From: a virus
Taxonomy: Duplodnaviria; Caudoviricetes
IMG/VR virus record: IMGVR_UViG_3300044724_003169
Span: 1-25,753 of that record
Strand: one strand, 5' to 3'
Length of the DNA stretch: 25,753 nt
The position numbers and the translations under genes were made by a program. A model generated the notes under the pieces. The model did no database searches. It had not been told where the DNA came from and was given only the letters and a program-made list of their open reading frames with translations. How positions within the stretch are numbered: position 1 is the first letter of the stretch; every line of letters begins with the position of its first letter. Below are positions 1 through 7,282 of the stretch, one piece after another.

Positions 1-509
1 ATTGGGTGTTATTGACTGATGTTGACTGTTATGAAAGTGCAGGGATGTATCACTTCTTAAGATTTGAAAAAGAACTTGATCAAAATATGTATTATGTACC
101 AAAGGCTGATATGGAAGCTCCAGAAAATATGTCATCATATGAGCTACTATGTAGAAAAGGTATTATTAAATACATCACTCATCCTAATATATGGATTATG
201 ACTAGAGAAGCATTTTGGTCTACAGGCGGTTATGATTTAGAGTTTCAGGGTGTAAGACATGGTGATGCTGAAATATATCTAGGTATAGGACGTCCTGGTT
301 ACAAAGATTGGGACTATGAGCTGTTGTCTGATAATGATAAACATCGTATAATAGTAAAAACACCAAAGAGGGATCCTTTCTATATTAGACAGGAAAAAGA
401 AAAACAGTCTAAAGCAGCAGACCTTATTAACTGGGTTAGATTGAGAAACAAGAATCCGTATAAAAAATACAGAAAGAAATTATACAACTTTCCATACCAG
501 TTACTATAA
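1..509 (+). CDS. Glycosyltransferase (GT-A fold, GT2/GT7-like), 5'-partial
   Basis: The frame is open to the window edge (W-V-L-L-T-D-V-D, a DxD motif). The segment MTREAFWSTGGYDLEFQGVRHGDAE resembles the GGFDExFxGWGxED motif of GT2/GT7 C-terminal domains. Confidence 0.7.
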   Translation, partial: WVLLTDVDCYESAGMYHFLRFEKELDQNMYYVPKADMEAPENMSSYELLCRKGIIKYITHPNIWIMTREAFWSTGGYDLEFQGVRHGDAEIYLGIGRPGYKDWDYELLSDNDKHRIIVKTPKRDPFYIRQEKEKQSKAADLINWVRLRNKNPYKKYRKKLYNFPYQLL

Positions 510-510
510 T

Positions 511-771
511 ATGACAAAACAAGTAGAATTAAAGGTAGTAAGCTCATCAGAGTTTGCTAAGATGATCAACGAGACTGTTGCTGATAGCAATGGGCAGATT
601 AACCATCTTGAAGCGGTTCAAGAATTCTTAGATCAGAATGAAGAGATTGAGCCTGAGACAATTGCATCACTTATACAGAGAAACCAAAAATTAAAAGCAA
701 TCCTGTATCAAAATGCAGAAAAGTTTAACCTAGTAGAAAAGAAAAGTAGATTGCCAATTGATGAGGGGTAG
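511..771 (+). CDS. gp33: Late promoter transcription co-activator, T4 gp33-like
   Basis: 86 aa with FAKMINETV...HLEAVQEFLDQNEEIEPETIASLI...LKAIL...AEKFNLV..KSRLPI, the pattern of T4-like gp33. It lies directly upstream of gp59 and gp32, as in T4. Confidence 0.8.
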   Translation: MTKQVELKVVSSSEFAKMINETVADSNGQINHLEAVQEFLDQNEEIEPETIASLIQRNQKLKAILYQNAEKFNLVEKKSRLPIDEG

Positions 772-1360
772 AATAGCTACTGTGGAACCATATGATGCAT
801 ATGTAAAGTACTTAGCACTGAAGTCTCATTTCAGTCAAAAGAACTATGACTACATCAAGTACAATGGTAAAGTTAAGGCTTGGAGAGCTACCTTTGAGAC
901 TAGGAAAGACAAATACTTTTTCTACAAGCTAAGCAAGATGAAAGATCCAGTAGAGTTTCTTATTGCTAACTTTATAGACAATGATGATTTTTACGTAGGT
1001 CAGATCAGAGATGATAAAGCTAACGATGTGTATATGGAATTCAAAAGGAGACAACAAGCTCTATCATATACATTCAAAAGCGATCTAAGTAAAATGAAAG
1101 AGGACTTTAATGACAATATTATAGTACCTCAAAATGAACACCCCTATCTGTTAAGGCTGTACATGCGAAAAGATATTTGCATTGAAACGTTGACTTTAAT
1201 TAATAGATGTGTTAAAATATTCAACTATTGGGATAAGGAAATGGAAGGCGACGTTATGTGGCCTAACATTAAAATGAAAGCTGAAAAGTTCTCACCCTTT
1301 CTCAATGTTGACATAAATAAGTATAGAGAGATTATTCTTTCTAACTTTAATAAAACGTAA
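758..1360 (+). CDS. gp59: Helicase loader, T4 gp59-like
   Basis: YDAYVKYLALKSHF..KNYDYIKYNGKV...FETRKDKYFFYKL and HPYLLRLYM...ICIETL motifs; sits between gp33 and gp32. The true start may be the GTG at 782, downstream of GAGGGG. Confidence 0.9.
   Translation: MMRGRIATVEPYDAYVKYLALKSHFSQKNYDYIKYNGKVKAWRATFETRKDKYFFYKLSKMKDPVEFLIANFIDNDDFYVGQIRDDKANDVYMEFKRRQQALSYTFKSDLSKMKEDFNDNIIVPQNEHPYLLRLYMRKDICIETLTLINRCVKIFNYWDKEMEGDVMWPNIKMKAEKFSPFLNVDINKYREIILSNFNKT
1312..1319 (+). promoter_or_regulatory. Putative T4-type late promoter (CATAAATA) upstream of gp32, overlapping a TTGACA hexamer (1308-1313)
   Basis: 7/8 match to TATAAATA on the sense strand, about 85 nt before the gp32 ATG. Confidence 0.5.
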
Positions 1361-1395
1361 TATAACGACATACAACGCGATATACCGCATACAGG
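1350..1395 (+). repeat. 10-nt-period degenerate repeat (ATAHAMCG) in the gp32 leader
   Basis: ATAAAACG at 1350, ATATAACG at 1360, ATACAACG at 1370, ATATACCG at 1380, then ATACAGG at 1389 running into the Shine-Dalgarno AGGAG. Confidence 0.7.
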
Positions 1396-1404
1396 AGAAA
1401 TAAT

Positions 1405-2295
1405 ATGTCTGATTCATTTCAAGCGCTTAAGCGCAATCGTACCGAGGGCTTTGACAAGCTAACTCAATCATTAAACAAACTCAACCAGAAGTCTAGCGGA
1501 CCTGGACCTGATGATCGTTTCTGGAAACCAGAAGTCGACAAAGCAGGAAACGGATATGCTGTGATTAGGTTCCTACCAGAACCAGAAGGTGAGGATGTTC
1601 CATTCGTAAGAATTTGGGATCATGGATTCCAAGGACCAGGCGGATGGTTTATTGAAAACTCATTGACTACACTAGGTCAAAAAGATCCAGTATCTGAATA
1701 CAACTCAATGTTGTGGAACTCAGGTATTGAATCTAACAAAGGAAAAGCTAGAAAGCAGAAAAGACGTCTATCGTTTATTTCTAACATCTATGTTGTTAAG
1801 GATCCATCTAACCCAGACAATGAAGGAAAAGTATTCCTTTACAAGTATGGTAAGAAAATCTTTGATAAACTAAATGAAGCTATGAATCCTCAATTTGAAG
1901 ATGAGAAACCAGTTAACCCATTTGACTTATGGGAAGGTGCTGACTTTAAATTGAAAATCAGAAACGTCGAAGGCTATAGAAACTACGACAAGTCTGAGTT
2001 GGATATTCCTGCACCATTGTTTGATGAAGATCAAGAACTTGAAAATGCATGGAAATCAGAATACAAACTAGCAGAGTTTGTTGATCCTTCTAACTTTAAA
2101 ACTTATGAAGAATTACAAACTAAACTGAATAGAGTATTAGGTTTAGATGGAGCTGCTCCAAACACAACAGCTGAAAGCAACTTCAATGCTGAACCACCAG
2201 CAGAAATTCCATCAGCACCCGCTGCTGCTCAACCAGAGCTAGCATCTACTGATGATGAGTCTTTGGATTTCTTTAAGAAATTAGCTGAAGACTAA
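1405..2295 (+). CDS. gp32: Single-stranded DNA-binding protein, T4 gp32-like
   Basis: DDRFWKPEVDKAGNGYAVIRFLP, HGFQGPGGWFIENSLTTLG, YKYGKKIFDK and GADFKLKIRNVEGYRNYDKS motifs, plus an acidic tail DDESLDFFKKLAED. Strong AGGAG SD. Confidence 0.97.
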   Translation: MSDSFQALKRNRTEGFDKLTQSLNKLNQKSSGPGPDDRFWKPEVDKAGNGYAVIRFLPEPEGEDVPFVRIWDHGFQGPGGWFIENSLTTLGQKDPVSEYNSMLWNSGIESNKGKARKQKRRLSFISNIYVVKDPSNPDNEGKVFLYKYGKKIFDKLNEAMNPQFEDEKPVNPFDLWEGADFKLKIRNVEGYRNYDKSELDIPAPLFDEDQELENAWKSEYKLAEFVDPSNFKTYEELQTKLNRVLGLDGAAPNTTAESNFNAEPPAEIPSAPAAAQPELASTDDESLDFFKKLAED

Positions 2296-2309
2296 TTAGT
2301 TAGGTTTTA

Positions 2310-2335
2310 AGGTCTTTCCCCTAAATGAAAGGCCT
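2310..2335. terminator. Hairpin between the convergent gp32 and tape measure genes (possible terminator or RNA-stability element)
   Basis: AGGTCTTTC-ccctaaat-GAAAGGCCT forms a 9-bp stem with one G-U pair on the + transcript. There is no canonical U-tract on either strand. Confidence 0.4.
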
Positions 2336-4063
2336 CTACCTAGGTAGAATCACTCCACCCCTTCCAGCCAAGCTATTACTAACCTTACCATAATAAATGT
2401 TTTGTTCATTTGATGATGATCTACTATTATCTATAGCAGAAGAATTGCCTCCAATATTAAAATTGCCACCATTTGAAGTTCCATCACGAGCATCATTAGT
2501 TGCATCTGTCATTGAATTGATTTGACCAGAAGTATCAGAAGAGCTATCTTGCATAGATGCATCACCACCTACTTCTTCGCCTCCTTCTAAAATGGAGTCT
2601 ACTTCTCTTCTTAGAGATGGGCTAATCCTAACCTTCTTACCATCTTCAGTGATCATTTTATAACCACCTCTAAATGTCTCACCAGTTACAACTGCCTTCT
2701 TGCCCTGTAATTCTTTCTTAGCAAAGTCTTCAGGCAACTTAACTGCCATTACTTCACCACCAGCTTCTTCTTGAGATGCTATTTCTTGCTTGTATTTGCT
2801 TATCTCACTATCAGCTTTATTAGCACCCATATCAACATCTAATGTTTGTTGATCATCACCTTCTACTTTTGGCTCCGGAGCTAGACCGGCAAATGGATAA
2901 AATCCATCAAACTTAATTTTCTTTCCTACAATCGGAATGGTAAATTCAAAAGGAGGGATACCGATTCCAGCAAGACCGCCTAGGAACCAATTTTTAATAT
3001 TTGTTAATGCATTACCAATAGCATCTATTACATCACCAACAGCAAAGTCAAAGCTATCAAGTTTTGCCTTAAAATTCTCAAAGCCGAGCATTCCAGCTAT
3101 CCAACCAATAAGATCTTTTATTAAATTTGCAGGTGCTGATATCAAGAAATCAAACATGCCTTCAAATGCTCCACGGAACGCACCAATGATACCGCCCTCT
3201 TTAAACCCTTCTAAGAATCCTTTGAAGGCCTCGAACGCAGTCAAAAGAGCTACTACGATAAGTCCAATAGGATTAAGAACTGCCATTACTCTACCAGCTA
3301 CACCCAATATAGGAGTCATAAATTTAAAAATGTTTAGGAATATACGCCCAAGTGGTCGGAAGAAGTTTCTCATTCTCTTAAAGAAGTCTTGAAGTTTTTC
3401 AAAACCTTTAGCAATTAGACCGTTCTTATTAGCTCCTGATGGTATCAACTTCTTAAAGAAATTGCCTAACATTTTAAACGGTTTATTAAATACAAACTTA
3501 AGTGCTTTGAACCATACAGCAAAGAAAGAACCTATAATACCAATATAGGTACCTATTACAGCAGCAAGCATTGCACTTATTCCTGACTTGCTATCCTTGT
3601 CTTTAACAGCATCTTCATCACCTTCCTTACCTTTACCCTTCATCAAAGGACCGCCTAATAAGTCTTGGGGTGGAACTAAAATATCTTCTTTTCTTTCTTT
3701 TGCTTCATCTGCTAGGACTTTAACAGCTTCTGCAGTTTTCTTTGTATTTGATCTTATATCTTTTAGCGCTATTAAATTTTGATCCGGACCATCGTTCTCT
3801 TGCTTTTCACCATCAGCATCTGATGTTTGTGCTGCACCATCAACTCTCTCAGCTTCAATATTTGCCAACTCGTCTACTAACAATTCAGCTGCAGCATGTA
3901 AGTCATCTAAAACCACACTTTGCTTTTCAGTGTGGGTTCTTATTGCTGATAGATGAGCCGTACTTGTTTCTGATTTAAAAAGAAGTCTATTCAAGACACC
4001 CTTCATGTCTGATAACTCAGTTTGTAAAAGTTCAGTAGATTCGATGTTAGCAGGTAATGCCAT
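2336..4063 (-). CDS. Putative tail length tape measure / baseplate hub protein (T4 gp29-like)
   Basis: 575 aa, similar in size to T4 gp29 (about 590 aa). Helical N-terminus, long central amphipathic/hydrophobic G/A/F/I/L-rich region, and an S/N-rich C-terminus. Lies downstream of gp26/gp51. Confidence 0.6.
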   Translation of the reverse strand: MALPANIESTELLQTELSDMKGVLNRLLFKSETSTAHLSAIRTHTEKQSVVLDDLHAAAELLVDELANIEAERVDGAAQTSDADGEKQENDGPDQNLIALKDIRSNTKKTAEAVKVLADEAKERKEDILVPPQDLLGGPLMKGKGKEGDEDAVKDKDSKSGISAMLAAVIGTYIGIIGSFFAVWFKALKFVFNKPFKMLGNFFKKLIPSGANKNGLIAKGFEKLQDFFKRMRNFFRPLGRIFLNIFKFMTPILGVAGRVMAVLNPIGLIVVALLTAFEAFKGFLEGFKEGGIIGAFRGAFEGMFDFLISAPANLIKDLIGWIAGMLGFENFKAKLDSFDFAVGDVIDAIGNALTNIKNWFLGGLAGIGIPPFEFTIPIVGKKIKFDGFYPFAGLAPEPKVEGDDQQTLDVDMGANKADSEISKYKQEIASQEEAGGEVMAVKLPEDFAKKELQGKKAVVTGETFRGGYKMITEDGKKVRISPSLRREVDSILEGGEEVGGDASMQDSSSDTSGQINSMTDATNDARDGTSNGGNFNIGGNSSAIDNSRSSSNEQNIYYGKVSNSLAGRGGVILPR

Positions 4064-4389
4064 TACTTTTTACCCATTGCCTGAGCGCCAAAGAATGCTG
4101 CAACAATACCGGCTACAGCTACAAAGTATGTTGGAGCCATACTTCCAAGAGTTTTCTGTGCTTCGTCTAATCCAACTAAAGAAGCAACTACTACAGCAAA
4201 AGGATACAATAACAATCCACCTAGGGCAAACCATGTCATGTTTCTTTGAGCATCACGCATTGCATCTGCATCCTCAAGCTCCTTACGCTTGAATTCTAAA
4301 TACATCTGCTCTTCTTCTTTGGATACCTTACCATCGCCGTTTGTATCAGCTGGATGATGTCCGCTAGCCTTAATTTCTTCCTCGCCCAT
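4063..4389 (-). CDS. Small membrane protein with an N-terminal EF-hand-like loop and two TM helices
   Basis: DTNGDGKVSKEE fits the 12-residue EF-hand loop. Hydrophobic segments are WFALGGLLLYPFAVVVASLVGL and YFVAVAGIVAAFFGA, followed by a basic C-terminus (GKK). SD AGGAG upstream. Confidence 0.75.
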   Translation of the reverse strand: MGEEEIKASGHHPADTNGDGKVSKEEEQMYLEFKRKELEDADAMRDAQRNMTWFALGGLLLYPFAVVVASLVGLDEAQKTLGSMAPTYFVAVAGIVAAFFGAQAMGKK

Positions 4390-4390
4390 C

Positions 4391-4588
4391 TTATCTCCTG
4401 TTTAGCTTCTGCTGTTGCGCTTCATGCCTTTCTTTTTCTTTCTGCAGCCATTCTTGCAACATAGAAACGTATATGTCTCTTTCGTATGGAATTAGATTTT
4501 CTAATTCTGTTATACTATATTTATGATGCTGAACCAATGCAAAGACTGTGGAATAGTAATTTGCAAGCGTATTATGGCTCAGCAACAT
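4391..4588 (-). CDS. gp51: Baseplate hub assembly protein, small gp51 type (possibly also the C-terminal part of a gp26-gp51 frameshift product)
   Basis: LANYYSTVFALVQHHKYSITELENLIPYERDIYVSML is the signature of the short gp51 of marine T4-like phages; it directly follows gp26. Confidence 0.8.
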   Translation of the reverse strand: MLLSHNTLANYYSTVFALVQHHKYSITELENLIPYERDIYVSMLQEWLQKEKERHEAQQQKLNRR

Positions 4589-5295
4589 TAAAAAAAATCA
4601 GCTAATCCGTTGAGTTCAATGGTTCTATCGTTATCATTCTTGTTCTTATACTTCAATGTATAAGTTAACTTAGGCAACGTGTTAAAGAACTCTTGTAGTT
4701 TTTCAAATCTTTTTACATCCAATCCTTTGAAAAATTCCAGTGCCTCTTTATTAGTAAAGTCATCATAAACTTCTTTATCATCATATACCTTAACTAGACA
4801 GCCTGCAACCAACTTAAAGATATCTTCAGTACTTGGTTCATTGCTATCTAATCCCAAACCTATCTTAGTCATCATGCCTAATGTAGGATCTTTTAAAACA
4901 ACTGTATACTTATCATCAAGTACAACTTCGTTATTATGATCTGGATCTAGCGTAGGTGCTAACTCGTCTAAGTTAATGTTAAATTTATAAATTTCTTGGT
5001 CTTCTGTATCTCTATACTGAAGATTTACAATATTCTGTACAGATTTAGATCTAAGTTGAATAAACAACATCTCTATATCTGTTGATGTCAGTTCTGCTAC
5101 ATTCAATTCTTCAGGTTCAATGATTACATTACTAAGAACCTGCTTCATAGCATTAAGCTGTGCTTTCACATCAGCCTCTTTTCCTATTAGTAATAACTTT
5201 TCTTCTTTAACAAGAAAAGGTCTAAATGTTATATCAAGTTTTGATATTGGTAACGTATACTCATACGTCGGTTGATCAATTTTCGGTAAAGCCAT
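4588..5295 (-). CDS. gp26: Baseplate hub assembly protein, gp26-like
   Basis: MALPKIDQPTYE.TLP....ITFRPFLVKEEKLLL, DIEMLFIQLRSKSV, FFNTLPKL and C-terminal GLADFF motifs. Confidence 0.9.
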   Translation of the reverse strand: MALPKIDQPTYEYTLPISKLDITFRPFLVKEEKLLLIGKEADVKAQLNAMKQVLSNVIIEPEELNVAELTSTDIEMLFIQLRSKSVQNIVNLQYRDTEDQEIYKFNINLDELAPTLDPDHNNEVVLDDKYTVVLKDPTLGMMTKIGLGLDSNEPSTEDIFKLVAGCLVKVYDDKEVYDDFTNKEALEFFKGLDVKRFEKLQEFFNTLPKLTYTLKYKNKNDNDRTIELNGLADFF

Positions 5296-5315
5296 TATAT
5301 TTCTCCATTATTTAA

Positions 5316-6167
5316 TTAAGTCTTGCCACCCAGTGCCCCAAAAAACCCTTGTGCATTGCTTATTATATTTATAGCGTCTCCTACATTATTAGGAGTCTTC
5401 ATTGATGATACTAGAGAGGTACCAGCAGTACCTAATCTAATTAATTTTTCAAACCCACCCAATGCTCTGTCTGAAGCTGGGCCAGGTCCTTCTTGTAAAT
5501 CTGTTGTAAATGTTCTAACTTGGAAATTAACTTGCACTCTTGCAAACTCATCATTCTGAGCCCATCCAAGTGTCACGTCTCCCAACAATGACGGGTATAC
5601 TTCATATGCTTTTAGTGTCATTATTTTATTTGCTGACACGTCATATGTTGCTATTTCCATTGTAGTAGCATAGTGGTCATGGTAATGTGTTTCACCAAAC
5701 AATGCTGATCCACTTCTTGATCCACTTCCATCATTAAGAACAGTGCCTGGATCTATTTCAAATATATTATGTATCCATTCTTGAAAGAAGTTTAAATTTC
5801 TTCCATTTTGATCTAGCATAAAACTTGCTGATACTTCTGAAGGTAATATAGAAGCTGGTCGTCTATCAAATGGACCAATTCCTAATCTTCTATGTTCAAA
5901 TGGATTGATCTGAGCTCCAGGAATATTAACACCATCACAAAAGAAAACTAGCTTCTGAACATCACCTTGAAACTTTCCTGTAGCCCAAGCTGGTGGAACT
6001 ATACTAACAACATATCTATTAGGTCTTTGCAAGCTGTTGTTTTCTTGTAATGCGCCTGTAAATTTGTCAATACTAAATTCTTTAGTATGACCCTCACGCG
6101 GCTTCTCAAGACCAACTCCCTTGCCTAAATTAAATAAAGTTTTTGCTATATCTGATATTTTTGCCAT
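5316..6167 (-). CDS. gp54: Tail tube initiator / tube-fold baseplate protein (gp54-like)
   Basis: LQRPNRYVV, FCDGVNIPG, FFQEW and AYEVYPSLLGDVTLGW..NDEFARVQVNF are tail-tube (gp19/gp54) fold motifs; located next to gp2 and gp26. Confidence 0.7.
   Translation of the reverse strand: MAKISDIAKTLFNLGKGVGLEKPREGHTKEFSIDKFTGALQENNSLQRPNRYVVSIVPPAWATGKFQGDVQKLVFFCDGVNIPGAQINPFEHRRLGIGPFDRRPASILPSEVSASFMLDQNGRNLNFFQEWIHNIFEIDPGTVLNDGSGSRSGSALFGETHYHDHYATTMEIATYDVSANKIMTLKAYEVYPSLLGDVTLGWAQNDEFARVQVNFQVRTFTTDLQEGPGPASDRALGGFEKLIRLGTAGTSLVSSMKTPNNVGDAINIISNAQGFFGALGGKT
5366..5373 (-). promoter_or_regulatory. T4 late promoter TATAAATA upstream of gp26
   Basis: Perfect consensus on the - strand inside the 3' end of gp54, 70 nt before the gp26 ATG. 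Confidence 0.65.
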
Positions 6168-6827
6168 TTATTTTCTTTTTCTACGCTCTGTCATAGAATC
6201 TCTATATACTTTATTTATGCCTGCTTTGCGGAACCGCGCCAAAGGCATCATCACTATAAAGTCCCAAGCCTTAGGTGGTACATAAAGATACTGACCAATA
6301 ACCGCATTCATATTGTATCTTCTATACATGGGTTTAAACGACATGAGGTTACGTCTTTTCTTCATAAATTCAAAGTCAACTCTTGGAGCCATCTTAGCTC
6401 TTATGCTTGTAGCAATATCGTCACCCTGTGAACCTGGATTCATCATATACTTAAACAGTTCGTCCATTAACTCAGCTCTAAATATTGGAGGGAGATAGTG
6501 AAAGTTTAATCCTGAAAAATAGCCTTTATCTTGATATACGTTAGTAACCAATACTACTGGAAACATATCATAATAATCCGCTTTAGCTTTTGACAATGGA
6601 TTACGATAGTTAAACATATATAATCTTCCGGGCAAAAGTCTTTTAGTTCTTCCAGCCCCCATCAATAATTGAGTTGGATTATTCTTTGCCTCTTCTTCGC
6701 CAAGCTCTCTCATACGCTTGACTGGATCACCCTCAAACTTTGTATACATCTCTTTCATAGATTTGAATTCAAAATCGAATTCATCAGAGGTCATTTTAAC
6801 AGCTCGTTGGAAAAAATATGCTGGCAT
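6168..6827 (-). CDS. gp2: DNA end protector protein, T4 gp2-like
   Basis: PGRLYMFNY...YYDMFPVV...FSGLNFHYLPPIFRAELMDEL motifs; adjacent to gp4. Confidence 0.88.
   Translation of the reverse strand: MPAYFFQRAVKMTSDEFDFEFKSMKEMYTKFEGDPVKRMRELGEEEAKNNPTQLLMGAGRTKRLLPGRLYMFNYRNPLSKAKADYYDMFPVVLVTNVYQDKGYFSGLNFHYLPPIFRAELMDELFKYMMNPGSQGDDIATSIRAKMAPRVDFEFMKKRRNLMSFKPMYRRYNMNAVIGQYLYVPPKAWDFIVMMPLARFRKAGINKVYRDSMTERRKRK
6212..6219 (-). promoter_or_regulatory. Putative late promoter CATAAATA upstream of gp54
   Basis: 7/8 match on the sense strand, 44 nt before the gp54 ATG. Confidence 0.5.
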
Positions 6828-7255
6828 TATCCTATTACTCCTAGCTCATCTTGAGTCATAATCATAAATTTCATTCCTTTATTATTACAAAACTCTTCTG
6901 CTACCTCAAACTTTCTCTGATTAACAGCAAACTGAGCCACTTCTTTAATGTATCTTTTCGTTCTTCTTTTAGGTTTAGGTGGCGGAACTAGATGTTGCTT
7001 TGGTTTTACTTCTATAACAAGCTGCTCTCCATCATGCTTCTCTACCCAGAAATCAGGAAAATATCTATGCATTCTTCTATCAATAGGGCTTCTATATGGT
7101 ATACAAAACTCTTCAGACGCCCAATTTACTATTTGAGTGTGAGAATCTAGGTATCTCATTAGCTTGAGCTCCCACAAACTTCTATAAATAATATTACTAG
7201 AATCACCTTTATATTTGTTTGGATTGTTTGGTACGAATTTTCCTGAGTAAGCCAT
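6827..7255 (-). CDS. gp4: Head completion nuclease, T4 gp4-like (TnsA-like PD-(D/E)xK)
   Basis: MAYSGKF.P.NP.KYKGD..NIIYRSLWE, WASEE..IPY.SPID...HRYFPDF and IEVKP motifs. Confidence 0.95.
   Translation of the reverse strand: MAYSGKFVPNNPNKYKGDSSNIIYRSLWELKLMRYLDSHTQIVNWASEEFCIPYRSPIDRRMHRYFPDFWVEKHDGEQLVIEVKPKQHLVPPPKPKRRTKRYIKEVAQFAVNQRKFEVAEEFCNNKGMKFMIMTQDELGVIG
7183..7190 (+). promoter_or_regulatory. T4 late promoter TATAAATA for the baseplate operon
   Basis: Perfect consensus inside gp4 (antisense to it), 92 nt before the gp48 ATG. Confidence 0.7.
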
Positions 7256-7260
7256 AGAGG

Positions 7261-7268
7261 TATTTATA
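7261..7268 (-). promoter_or_regulatory. T4 late promoter TATAAATA for gp4
   Basis: Perfect consensus in the 27-nt divergent intergenic gap, 5 nt before the gp4 ATG. Confidence 0.75.
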
Positions 7269-7282
7269 ACATAGAGGACAAA

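Noticed and set aside
1308-1338. Sigma70 promoter TTGACA...TATTCT upstream of gp32
   Set aside because: The -35 is perfect, but the best -10 is 19 nt away and weak, so it is not called separately.
2937-4292. + strand ORFs antisense to the tape measure and EF-hand genes (151, 64, 78 and 95 aa)
   Set aside because: They are shadow ORFs of well-supported - strand genes, with no motifs or SD.
6827-7255. TnsA-like nuclease taken as evidence of a transposon
   Set aside because: Sequence and synteny match the core T4 head completion protein gp4; there are no other transposon genes or terminal repeats.
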